From contig CAYWGS010000018.1 of the NCBI GenBank assembly GCA_964457525.1, positions 1-22,102 on the forward strand: a stretch of DNA of 22,102 nucleotides, given 5' to 3'. The DNA comes from an uncultured Erysipelotrichaceae bacterium (GTDB taxonomy: Bacteria > Bacillota_I > Bacilli_A > Erysipelotrichales > Erysipelotrichaceae). The translations under genes were made by a program, and so were the position numbers. The notes under the pieces are model-generated. The model searched no databases and was not told the origin of the DNA. It saw only the letters and a program-made list of their open reading frames with translations. Within the stretch, counting starts at the first letter, position 1; every line of letters starts with the position of its first letter. Of this stretch, positions 9,501 through 16,775 are shown in pieces.

Positions 9501-10879
9501 AAGACCATGTATTTAGAGCAGGTACTATTTCTACAGTTGCTCAAAAGACAGCTTATGGCTATATAAAAGGGTATTTAGAAGAAATGGGTTTACAGAATTC
9601 CTATCGTCAGGCGATGATGCTATATCTTGCGAATGGATGTGAAGGGGTTAAAAAAACATCTGGACAACATCCTGGTGGAATTATTGTAATCCCACAAGAT
9701 AATGATGTTCATGATTTTACTCCGGTTCAATATCCTGCGAATAAGAGTCAATCTGAATGGTTAACAACACACTTTGAATTTGCGGATATCCATGATAATG
9801 TTCTCAAACTTGATATCTTAGGACATGTTGATCCTACTGCTATGAAGTTCTTGGAGAAATACTCTGATGTAGATGTGAGAACAATAAAAATGAACGATGA
9901 AGAAGCAATTTCTGTGTTCTCATCGATAAAAGCGCTTAAAATAAAGAATCCAAATTATTCAGAAAAAACGGGTGCTGTAGGACTTCCTGAATTCGGTACC
10001 GGGTTTGTTCGACAGATCTTAGAGTTAACTCAACCAACAAAGTTTTCAGATTTAGTACGTATCTCAGGTTTATCCCATGGAACAGATGTATGGTTAAATA
10101 ATGCTAAGAGCTTAATTGAAGCCGGATATACACTTAACGATGTTATCGGTTGTCGTGATGATATTATGGTGTATCTCATTCATAAAGGATTACCTGCAAA
10201 ATCTGCTTTTGATATCATGGAATCCGTTCGAAAAGGTAAAGGTTTAAAAGAAGAATGGAAGACTTTAATGGCTTCTTATAATGTACCAGACTGGTATATA
10301 CAATCTTGTTTAAAAATTAAGTATATGTTCCCGAAAGCACATGCGATTGCCTATGTTCTTATGGCTGTAAGGGTCGCATGGTTTAAAGTAAATAAACCAC
10401 TAATCTATTATGCAAGTTACTTTAGTTTAAGAGCGACTGCACATGAATATGAAACGTATGTTTTAGGTGAAGCTAAAGTCCTTGAGAGAATGAAGGATAT
10501 TCAAAGAAGATTGAGTGATAATCGACTTAAATCGAGTGTAACACATAAAGAAGCTGAATTAGTATCCAGTCTAGAGGTTGTTTATGAAATGATGAGTCGA
10601 GGATATTATTTTAGTCCATTGAATTTAAATGTATCACAAGCATCTGATTTTATCGTTGATCCAAAGAACCCAAAAAATCTTATTCCACCATTTACAATCG
10701 TTGATGGTTTAGGTGAAAACGTTGCTAAATCAATCGTATCTGCTCGTGAATTAAAACCATTTATATCAAAGGAAGATTTAGTTTCAAGAACTCTAGTTAA
10801 TACATCTGTTATTAAGAAATTTGATAGTTTTGGCTTATTAAATCATCTTGATGAAGAAAATCAAATGAGTTTGTTTTAG
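6557..10879 (+). CDS. polC: DNA polymerase III alpha subunit, Gram-positive PolC type
   Basis: 1440 aa. Contains a PHP domain (ELHLHTNMSEMDG...ITDH), an inserted DEDDh 3'-5' exonuclease (YVVLDLETTGL...AHNAQFDIGF...HRADYD), a Zn-finger region (CPSCHH...CPKCD) and a polymerase core (PDIDLNFSG...). Confidence 0.97.
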   Translation: MNIQDLIQKLNIKPIDRVFFQDAQLNFVKFYQAKKYVEIEIQLKQVLPYLLYNQVLNSIKDFIKLDTHLLIQANDCDLAHKDLQLYVNYVTEIYHLNEIEQNKLCLLEDDVLYFIVDQDKVSDSYKNQLNQLQTGLSHFGIKYVCKTRVKKDEPIEIESIPQTQKIEPEFNKTQVKNRRVKKEDSELVDLKDCILGQRGIRVRGKIFQIDSQWIKNNTTLRQTVYIFDETDAISFSQFLDDKSQIEKFSLLNKGECIEVYGDVVYDNFSKDLQIQVKDVKLIPDWMVRRDEANDKRIELHLHTNMSEMDGVSTIESYINQAYVWGHSAIAITDHHSVQAYPKAQKAVEGLIKKNPTRPFKMIYGIEFNMVESKYTIVTNPKGQDLHHSTYVVLDLETTGLSNEFDRIIEFAAIKVQSGMIVDRIQMFVNPHQNLSAFITEKTHIKQSDVNEAKSIEDVITTWLDFMEDHILLAHNAQFDIGFINANLERLNLPKLTNTVIDTLDLSKALLKDKKYYRLGVIAKHYKISYDESGAHRADYDTEVLHQVFNKMLLSDELSNMKTVDELNNLDHSLAYQKNMKKHINLLAKNQSGLKDLFKLVTIAHTERLTNSSSTKSENDGSISEPRICREDIQKHRTNLLVGSSCFNGEIFEIAANRSQDELVAAMNFYDYIEIQPLENYRPLIENNSVVSESRLKEIILRIIHTAIEYNKLLVATGDAHYLNPIDKRLRDVYIQAKGVGAGRHPLYIYNEQRRQITVSPDQHLRTTQEMLDAFNFIDKELAYRLVITNPKIIVNQVEPVKAIKSELYTPSIEGADDNLRKIVYENAHARYGNPLPELIYNRIEKELNSIITHGFGVIYYIAHLLVKKSIDDGYMVGSRGSVGSSLVATLSNITEVNPLAPHYVCPSCHHTEFIQDGSSDSGFDLPNKLCPKCDTTMNMDGHDIPFETFLGFEGDKVPDIDLNFSGDYQDKAHAYTKVLFGEDHVFRAGTISTVAQKTAYGYIKGYLEEMGLQNSYRQAMMLYLANGCEGVKKTSGQHPGGIIVIPQDNDVHDFTPVQYPANKSQSEWLTTHFEFADIHDNVLKLDILGHVDPTAMKFLEKYSDVDVRTIKMNDEEAISVFSSIKALKIKNPNYSEKTGAVGLPEFGTGFVRQILELTQPTKFSDLVRISGLSHGTDVWLNNAKSLIEAGYTLNDVIGCRDDIMVYLIHKGLPAKSAFDIMESVRKGKGLKEEWKTLMASYNVPDWYIQSCLKIKYMFPKAHAIAYVLMAVRVAWFKVNKPLIYYASYFSLRATAHEYETYVLGEAKVLERMKDIQRRLSDNRLKSSVTHKEAELVSSLEVVYEMMSRGYYFSPLNLNVSQASDFIVDPKNPKNLIPPFTIVDGLGENVAKSIVSARELKPFISKEDLVSRTLVNTSVIKKFDSFGLLNHLDEENQMSLF

Positions 10880-10895
10880 ACGGTTTGTTTTAGAC
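10869..10895 (+). repeat. Perfect 13-bp tandem duplication spanning the polC stop codon
   Basis: GTTTGTTTTAGAC occurs at 10869-10881 and again at 10883-10895, separated by a single G. The first copy encodes the last residues (..LF) and the TAG stop of polC. Confidence 0.9.
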
Positions 10896-10924
10896 TTGTA
10901 TTTTAAAAGAAAAGAGAGTAATAT
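10896..10924 (+). promoter_or_regulatory. Candidate sigma-A promoter of the rimP-nusA-infB operon
   Basis: TTGTAT (10896-10901), 17-nt spacer, TAATAT (10919-10924). Located between the polC stop and the leader hairpin. Confidence 0.4.
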
Positions 10925-10946
10925 ATTAGTCGTAGATAGAAAACAA

Positions 10947-10986
10947 GGAGTGGCTCGCCACTCCTTAATTATTGTTTAAGGAGATT
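10947..10986 (+). promoter_or_regulatory. rimP-leader-like attenuator: GC-rich hairpin plus U-rich tract, with an alternative SD-sequestering pairing
   Basis: GGAGTGG (10947-10953), loop CTCG, CCACTCC (10958-10964), followed by TTAATTATTGTTT. CTCCTTAA (10961-10968) is also the exact complement of TTAAGGAG (10976-10983), which contains the rimP SD. Confidence 0.5.
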
Positions 10987-11451
10987 ATGGAACTAACAGC
11001 AATCGAAAAACTCATTTTACCTGTATTAGAAAGATATCAATGTGAACTCGTAGAACTGAAATGGACACAAGAATCTTCGATGAAGATTCTACAGTGTGCA
11101 GTTATGTTTGAAGATGGATCTATGGATTTAGAAACATGTTCACAAATATCATCTGAAATTTCGCCCATACTGGATGAAAGCTCACTCAAAGATATGACCT
11201 ATTATCTTGAAGTTTGCTCACCGGGTGCTGAACGTGAATTAAAGGATGATCATGATATTGAACGATCTATTATGAAAGAAGTCAAAATATTGTTTCATCA
11301 TCCGATTGAAAAATCTCTCGAATGGACGGGTACTTTATTAAACTATAAAGATGGTGAAGGTTCTATACAAGTACAAATTAAGTCGCGTAAAAAAGTATTG
11401 AAGTTTGAAAAAGAAAATATTGCTAAAATTCGTTTAGCAGTCAAAATTTAA
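10987..11451 (+). CDS. rimP: Ribosome maturation factor RimP (YlxS)
   Basis: About 155 aa, immediately upstream of nusA. Motif YLEVCSPGAEREL is typical of RimP. Start moved to the ATG at 10987 (SD AAGGAG at 10979-10984) in place of the TTG at 10972. Confidence 0.85.
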   Translation: MELTAIEKLILPVLERYQCELVELKWTQESSMKILQCAVMFEDGSMDLETCSQISSEISPILDESSLKDMTYYLEVCSPGAERELKDDHDIERSIMKEVKILFHHPIEKSLEWTGTLLNYKDGEGSIQVQIKSRKKVLKFEKENIAKIRLAVKI

Positions 11452-11462
11452 GGAGAATAAGA

Positions 11463-13136
11463 ATGAATTTTAAAGATTTCTTAGCCGCTATGCAGGCTTT
11501 AGAAGGCAATCGCAACATTACTAAAGAAATAGTATTAGAAGCTTTAAATGAAGCATTAGTTAAGGCATATCGTAAACATATTGAAATCCCTGATGCTTTA
11601 GTTAAAGTTGAAATCGATCAGAATACAGGTGAAGTTAATTTATTCCAACAATATACTGTTGTTGAAGAAGTTGAAGATGATGAATTAGAAATTTCTTTAA
11701 CGGATGCACATGAAATTAATTCAAATTATGTTCTTGGTGATTTACACAGCATTAAGGTCAATATTGATGAGTTAGGTAGAGCAGCTGCCTTACTTGCAAA
11801 GAACGTAATGAAACAAAAGATTCGTGAAGCTGAGAAGAAGGCTGTCTACGATGAATATATCGATAAGTTGGATGAAATGGTTATCGGTATTGTTGAGTCT
11901 GTAGAAGAAAAATTCGTTGTAGTTAACTTAGGTAAAACATTGGCTATGATGCCTAAAGCAGCACAAATTCCAAACGAAACTTACAAAGAAGGTCAAAAAA
12001 TTCGTCTTGTTATTACTGAAGTAACTAAAGATACAAAAGGTGCTCAAGTACTTGTTTCACGTGCAGATACAAAACTTGTAAAACGTCTATTTGAAAAAGA
12101 AGTACCAGAAATTTTCCAAGGTATTGTTGAAATTAAAGCGATTGCTCGTGAAGCGGGTGAACGTACTAAGATGGCTGTATTCTCAAAACGTGATGATGTT
12201 GATCCAATTGGTGCATGTATTGGGCCTCGTGGTTCAAGAGTTCAAGTTATTATAGAAGAACTTAAAGGTGAAAAGATTGATATTTTTGAATGGCGTGAAA
12301 ATGTTATTGAACTTATCAAGAACGCTTTAAGTCCTGCACAGATCTTAGCTGTACTACAAAGTGAAGAAAAGAGAGGCATCATTGTTGTTGTTGAAGATGA
12401 CCAACTTTCTTTAGCAATTGGTAAAAAAGGTAAGAATGCTCGTTTAGCGGTTCGTTTAACTGGTATGAAGATTGATATCAAGTCTCGTTCAGATATTGAA
12501 GCAGAAGGTCGTAACTGGCAAAAAGATGCAGCTGAATTCTCATTAGAACAAGAAGCTAAGATTATTGAAAAGAAAGCACGCAAATTACAAGAAGAACGTG
12601 CTAAACAAGCTGAAATTGAAGCACAAAAGTTAAAAGAATATGAAAGTTTGAATGAAGATATCACACTTAAAGATGATGATGATTCGGTTGAACTCTATGA
12701 AGAAAAAGAATTTATTCCTACAGGAGCAGTTCAAGATGTTCAAAATGTAGAAGAAACTGTTCAAGTTGAAGAAGTAAAAGTTGAAAAACAAGAAAAAGTT
12801 AAACCTGTTGAAAAGGTTGTAGTTGAGAAACCTAAGAAGGAACGCAAACCTTTAGAAGTTAGACATGATTATGTTTCTAAGTTTGAAGCAATTGCTGATA
12901 ACAAACCTTTACCTGAAAAGAAGGAAATTGTAAAACGTAAGACTAAGAAACAAGAAGAAGAGGAAAGAAGATTAAGACCTTCTGAACTTAAGAAAGATAA
13001 GGATTACGAAATCAAGATTGAGTATACAGAAGAAGAGTTAGCAGAAATCGCTTTACGTGAATCGGTTGAACAAAGTCAATGGGATGATGAAATCGACTTT
13101 GATGAATTTGAAGATTATTATGAGGATGAAGAATAA
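11463..13136 (+). CDS. nusA: Transcription termination/antitermination factor NusA with a long charged C-terminal extension
   Basis: N-terminal domain, S1 and KH1/KH2 (DPIGACIGPRGSRVQ, LAIGKKGKNARLA) occupy residues 1 to about 345. Residues about 346-557 form a K/E/D-rich low-complexity tail. SD AGGAG upstream. Confidence 0.95.
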   Translation: MNFKDFLAAMQALEGNRNITKEIVLEALNEALVKAYRKHIEIPDALVKVEIDQNTGEVNLFQQYTVVEEVEDDELEISLTDAHEINSNYVLGDLHSIKVNIDELGRAAALLAKNVMKQKIREAEKKAVYDEYIDKLDEMVIGIVESVEEKFVVVNLGKTLAMMPKAAQIPNETYKEGQKIRLVITEVTKDTKGAQVLVSRADTKLVKRLFEKEVPEIFQGIVEIKAIAREAGERTKMAVFSKRDDVDPIGACIGPRGSRVQVIIEELKGEKIDIFEWRENVIELIKNALSPAQILAVLQSEEKRGIIVVVEDDQLSLAIGKKGKNARLAVRLTGMKIDIKSRSDIEAEGRNWQKDAAEFSLEQEAKIIEKKARKLQEERAKQAEIEAQKLKEYESLNEDITLKDDDDSVELYEEKEFIPTGAVQDVQNVEETVQVEEVKVEKQEKVKPVEKVVVEKPKKERKPLEVRHDYVSKFEAIADNKPLPEKKEIVKRKTKKQEEEERRLRPSELKKDKDYEIKIEYTEEELAEIALRESVEQSQWDDEIDFDEFEDYYEDEE

Positions 13137-13153
13137 AAAAAGGGAGGGTGTTT

Positions 13154-13417
13154 ATGAAAAAAATACCATTAAGACGCTGTGTTGCGACAATGACACAGGT
13201 TCCCAAGAAAGAATTACTTAGAATCGTTCGTACGCCTGAAGGTGAAGTTAAAATTGATTTAACTGGTAAGGCAAATGGGCGTGGCGCATATTTGCTTAAA
13301 TCGATTGAAGCAGTTGAATTAGCACAGAAAAAAGGTGCGTTAAGTCGTGCATTGGAATGTCAAATTCCAAATGAATTGTATGACGAAATACGCAATCTTA
13401 TTGAAAATGCAAAATAA
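13154..13417 (+). CDS. ylxR: YlxR (DUF448) RNA-binding protein
   Basis: MKKIPLRRCVATMTQVPKKELLRIV...GRGAYL is the characteristic YlxR/DUF448 signature. SD GGGAGGGTG lies upstream of the ATG at 13154. Conserved position between nusA and ylxQ. Confidence 0.85.
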   Translation: MKKIPLRRCVATMTQVPKKELLRIVRTPEGEVKIDLTGKANGRGAYLLKSIEAVELAQKKGALSRALECQIPNELYDEIRNLIENAK

Positions 13418-13754
13418 CTTAGCTTTTCTCGGTTTAGTCAAACGTGCAAATGCGATTTTAAGTGGTGATCGTATGATTGAAGGGATACGAAAAAGGAATG
13501 TTTATTGTGTTTTATTAAGCGATAAAGCATCAAATCGTACTGCAAAAGTTATACGTGATAAATGTGCATTTTATCAAGTTCCTATTATTGATAACATTGA
13601 TGGATTCGATCTTCAGAATGTTATTGGTGAAAATGTAGTTTCAGTAGGAATAACTCAATATGATATGGCACAAAAAGTATTAAAAGAAATGAGGTGTTTG
13701 TATGGCAACGAAACCAGTGAAAAAGGGAAACAAGAAGACATCAAAGGGGAATAA
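13407..13754 (+). CDS. ylxQ: L7Ae-family ribosome-associated protein YlxQ
   Basis: LGLVKRANAILSGDRMIEGIRKRNVYCVLLSDKASNRTAKVIRDKC matches the YlxQ/L7Ae pattern of B. subtilis (LGLANRARKVVSGEDLVIKEIR...LTEDASSNTAKKVTDKC, from memory). Start chosen at the ATG at 13407, which overlaps ylxR by 11 nt. The 3' end runs 53 nt into infB. The start is uncertain. Confidence 0.7.
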   Translation: MQNNLAFLGLVKRANAILSGDRMIEGIRKRNVYCVLLSDKASNRTAKVIRDKCAFYQVPIIDNIDGFDLQNVIGENVVSVGITQYDMAQKVLKEMRCLYGNETSEKGKQEDIKGE

Positions 13755-15537
13755 TTCTTTTAGAGAATTTAAACCAAGAGCTGAAGTTGTATCCCAAATT
13801 AGTTACGAGGATGGTATAACAGTATCTGCTTTAGCAGAAAAACTGAATAAGAACTCGAGTGACTTAATCAAATTGTTATTCTTACTTGGTAAGATGGTAA
13901 CAATTAACTCAAACTTAGATGATGAGACTGTGCAATTAATTTGTATGGAATATAACGTTGAAGTTACTAAAGAAGAGCCTGTTGATGAGAATAGTTTAGA
14001 AGATACAGATATCGATGATCCAAAAGATTTAATGGATCGTTCACCGATAATTACTATCATGGGACATGTTGACCATGGTAAAACAAGTTTGCTTGATGCG
14101 ATTCGTAAAACTAAGGTTGCAGAGGGTGAACATGGTGGTATTACTCAACATATTGGTGCTTATCAAGTTACTGTTAATGGTAAAAAGTTAACATTCTTAG
14201 ATACACCAGGACATGAAGCCTTTACATCAATGCGTGCTCGTGGAGCTAAAGTAACGGATATCGTTATTATCGTTGTTGCTGCTGATGATGGTGTTATGCC
14301 ACAAACTAGAGAAGCAATTGATCATGCTAAAGCAGCAGGGGTTCCAATTATTGTTGCGATTAACAAGATTGATAAACCTGGCGCAAATTTTGAAAAGCTC
14401 TATAATGCGCTAGCTGATTTAGATTTAACACCTGAAGAATGGGGTGGAGATGTTATGTTCTGTAAAATCTCTGCTAAAACCGGTGAAGGATTACAAAGCT
14501 TACTTGAATCTATTTTAGTTGTTGCAGAAGTTCAAGGTTTAAAAGCAAATCCAAAACGTTTAGCTACGGGCTCAGTTATTGAAGCTCGTTTAGATAAAGG
14601 TCGTGGTCCGGTTACTACGTTACTTGTTCAAAATGGTACATTAAGAACAGGTGATATCATTGTAGTAGGCGCATGTTTTGGTAAAGTTCGGAAAATGACA
14701 GATGATCGTGGTCGCGAAATAAAAGAAGCTAAACCATCGACACCTGTTGAAATTATTGGTTTAAATGATGTACCAGTAGCTGGGGATCATTTCAAAGTAT
14801 TTGATAATGAAAAACAAGCTAGAGCATTAGCTGATCGTCGTTCACAAGTTAAGATTGATGCTGAACGTAGAGGAAGTAGCTCAGTAAGTTTAGAAGAATT
14901 ATCTAAAGCAATTGAAGATGGAATGTTACAAGAAATTAATCTTGTAGTAAAAGCAGATGTTCAAGGTTCAGCTGAAGCAATTAAACAAGCTTTAGAACGA
15001 ATTCAAGTAGATACTGTTCGAATTAATGTAATTCGTTCAACTGTTGGGGCAATTAGTGAATCTGATATTATGCTTGCTTCCGCAAGTAAAGCGATTGTAA
15101 TTGGCTTTAATGTACGTCCTGATGCAGTTGTACGTAAGAAAGCTGAAGAAGAAGGCATTGATATTCGTTTATATAATGTTATTTATGACGCTGTAAACGA
15201 AATGGAAAGTGCTATGAAGGGTATGTTAGCGCCAGTATTTAAAGAAGTTGTTTTAGGACAAGCTTCAGTTAGACAATTATTTAAAGTCTCAAAGATTGGT
15301 ACAATCGCTGGATGTATGGTAACGGATGGTAAATTAGTTCGTGATGCAAAAGTACGTATTATTCGTGATGGTACAGTTGTTTACACCAGTAAGTTATCTA
15401 CGCTTAAACGTTTCCAAAATGATGCTAAAGAAGTTTCAGCTGGATACGATTGTGGGTTAACCATTGACGGATTCAATGATATCAAGGAAAATGATGTTAT
15501 AGAAGCTTATGAGGATCAAGAAGTTCCTCAAGTATAG
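13702..15537 (+). CDS. infB: Translation initiation factor IF-2
   Basis: G-domain motifs [20 protein letters not shown] and NKIDK, plus C-terminal IF2 domains. SD GAGGTG lies 6 nt upstream of the ATG. Confidence 0.97.
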   Translation: MATKPVKKGNKKTSKGNNSFREFKPRAEVVSQISYEDGITVSALAEKLNKNSSDLIKLLFLLGKMVTINSNLDDETVQLICMEYNVEVTKEEPVDENSLEDTDIDDPKDLMDRSPIITIMGHVDHGKTSLLDAIRKTKVAEGEHGGITQHIGAYQVTVNGKKLTFLDTPGHEAFTSMRARGAKVTDIVIIVVAADDGVMPQTREAIDHAKAAGVPIIVAINKIDKPGANFEKLYNALADLDLTPEEWGGDVMFCKISAKTGEGLQSLLESILVVAEVQGLKANPKRLATGSVIEARLDKGRGPVTTLLVQNGTLRTGDIIVVGACFGKVRKMTDDRGREIKEAKPSTPVEIIGLNDVPVAGDHFKVFDNEKQARALADRRSQVKIDAERRGSSSVSLEELSKAIEDGMLQEINLVVKADVQGSAEAIKQALERIQVDTVRINVIRSTVGAISESDIMLASASKAIVIGFNVRPDAVVRKKAEEEGIDIRLYNVIYDAVNEMESAMKGMLAPVFKEVVLGQASVRQLFKVSKIGTIAGCMVTDGKLVRDAKVRIIRDGTVVYTSKLSTLKRFQNDAKEVSAGYDCGLTIDGFNDIKENDVIEAYEDQEVPQV

Positions 15538-15546
15538 GAGGACAAA

Positions 15547-15897
15547 ATGGCTATTAGACAACAAAGAATTGCTCAAATTATTCTTAAAGAAGTTTCAGAA
15601 ATGTTACAGTTTGAAATTAAAGATGCTGAAATTGGATTTGTAACTGTAGCTGATGTAGAAATGAGTAATGATTATTCATTCGCAAAAATATTTGTCACTT
15701 TCTTAGATAAAGAAAAAGGGGAAGAGCTTCAATTAAAAGCTTTAAACCGATATGCAAAATCAATTCGTGGAGCCTTAGGCAAAAAACTGATGATTCGTAA
15801 GATTCCAGAAATAAGTTTCCATATTGATGCTTCATTTGAACAAGGTAGAAGAATAGACGAAATCATTGATATATTGAATAAAAAAAAATCAAACTAA
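15547..15897 (+). CDS. rbfA: Ribosome-binding factor A
   Basis: 116 aa. RIAQIILKEVSEMLQFEIKD...VTVADVEMSNDYSFAKIFV is typical of RbfA. SD AGGAGG. Conserved position after infB. Confidence 0.93.
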   Translation: MAIRQQRIAQIILKEVSEMLQFEIKDAEIGFVTVADVEMSNDYSFAKIFVTFLDKEKGEELQLKALNRYAKSIRGALGKKLMIRKIPEISFHIDASFEQGRRIDEIIDILNKKKSN

Positions 15898-15924
15898 AAG
15901 CCGAGTAAAATCGGCTTTTTATTT
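15898..15924. terminator. Bidirectional rho-independent terminator between convergent rbfA and the radical SAM gene
   Basis: AAAGCCGA (15898-15904), loop GTAAAA, TCGGCTTT (15911-15918). It is flanked by a T-run on the plus strand (to 15924) and by an A-run upstream, which reads as a T-run on the minus strand. Confidence 0.8.
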
Positions 15925-16731
15925 ATTAAATCGTATTCGATAACTACATTTTTGACAGAGATCTTCTACACATTTTCTTTGCCTAAACCCATTTACAATA
16001 TTTATAAATCTTGGTTTCTTTAAACAATCATCTAAGTTTTCATTAAAAATATTACCAATACTTAATGTGCCATCTGAATCTAAACAACAAGGACTAATCT
16101 CACCATTTGATAGAATCGCTAACATCAGCGTCCCAGAATGGCATGTACCTGTCTCAGATATAAAAGGATTAGATAAGTTTGGCCAAATAAATTCTTGATC
16201 TAAATCAATGAATAGATTCTTTTTTACGCGAATTCTTTTACCACTTAAGGATATAGAATCATTATCGATTAGATCATAAAGTAGTTCATTTATGGATTGA
16301 TCTTTAAATGTCCATAGTCTTAAGAATAATGACAAATGGTTCATTTCAATCGTTCTTATTAATTCTTTTAATACGATATAATTTGAATCATCTTTAATCA
16401 TTTGTGCAGAATGTAAAGAAATACTTAATTGAACAAGAGCAGGGTGTTTATATAAATCTGGGCTTATTTTGCTTAATAGAGTTCCATTGGTTACTAAATG
16501 TACTTTAAGATGTCTATAATGACAGTCATCCAAAAAATTTATTAACTCAGGATGCATAAAAGGTTCACCTTGAACATGTAAATATACATGGTCTGTATGA
16601 GGAGAAACTTGATCAAGTATATGGTTAAATTGATCTCTTGTAAGCATTCTCGGTGTTCGGGTGTTTTTTAAACAAAATGAACAATTTAAATTACATGTAT
16701 TTGTGATTTCGATATAAATTCTTTTAAACAT
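15919..16731 (-). CDS. Radical SAM enzyme with a C-terminal twitch/SPASM-like auxiliary Cys cluster; substrate unknown
   Basis: N-terminal CNLNCSFC (CX3CX2C) at residues 13-20. GEPFMHPE SAM-binding-like motif. C-terminal CHSGTLMLAILSNGEISPCC (C-X12-G-X4-C) followed by CVEDLCQKC. 270 aa. Overall architecture recalls compact twitch-domain enzymes such as BtrN. Confidence 0.75.
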   Translation of the reverse strand: MFKRIYIEITNTCNLNCSFCLKNTRTPRMLTRDQFNHILDQVSPHTDHVYLHVQGEPFMHPELINFLDDCHYRHLKVHLVTNGTLLSKISPDLYKHPALVQLSISLHSAQMIKDDSNYIVLKELIRTIEMNHLSLFLRLWTFKDQSINELLYDLIDNDSISLSGKRIRVKKNLFIDLDQEFIWPNLSNPFISETGTCHSGTLMLAILSNGEISPCCLDSDGTLSIGNIFNENLDDCLKKPRFINIVNGFRQRKCVEDLCQKCSYRIRFNK

Positions 16732-16737
16732 AGTGTT

Positions 16738-16746
16738 ATTTTAACA
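16738..16746 (-). promoter_or_regulatory. Candidate extended -10 promoter (TGtTAAAAT) ending 6 nt upstream of the radical SAM ATG
   Basis: The minus strand reads ...TTTTTTAATGTTAAAATAACACTATG. TGT+TAAAAT ends 6 nt before the ATG (16731). No SD lies in between, and no good -35 is present. Confidence 0.3.
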
Positions 16747-16775
16747 TTAAAAAAGTAGGATTTGTATCCTACTTA
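16747..16775 (-). terminator. Rho-independent terminator ending the ABC transporter operon
   Basis: On the minus strand: AAGTAGGAT, loop ACAA, ATCCTACTT (perfect 9-bp stem, 16753-16774), followed by TTTTAA. The ATPase TAA stop (16773-16775) sits in the 5' arm. Confidence 0.7.

Noticed and set aside
12242-12664. 140-aa ORF antisense to nusA
   Set aside because: It lies entirely inside the well-supported nusA CDS. Its Ser/Phe/Cys-rich low-complexity translation is what you get from reading the complement of GAA/AAA-rich codons. It has no SD or promoter. Shadow ORF.
1284-14060. Remaining short antisense ORFs in the track (1284-1484, 1703-1978, 4180-4428, 5582-5815, 6230-6436, 6449-6691, 9294-9485, 13012-13206, 13803-14060)
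   Set aside because: Each is nested antisense within a confidently identified housekeeping CDS. They are 63-91 aa with low-complexity or hydrophobic-random composition and no SD.
16753-16774. The 9-bp hairpin as a plus-strand terminator
   Set aside because: On the plus strand the stem is followed by AACGAG and not a T-tract, and no plus-strand gene ends nearby. It functions only in the minus orientation.
15898-16775. RiPP-type cluster (precursor peptide plus rSAM maturase)
   Set aside because: Both flanks of the radical SAM gene (15898-15918 and 16732-16772) are fully occupied by terminator hairpins. No short ORF with an SD exists there, and no protease or dedicated exporter is adjacent.
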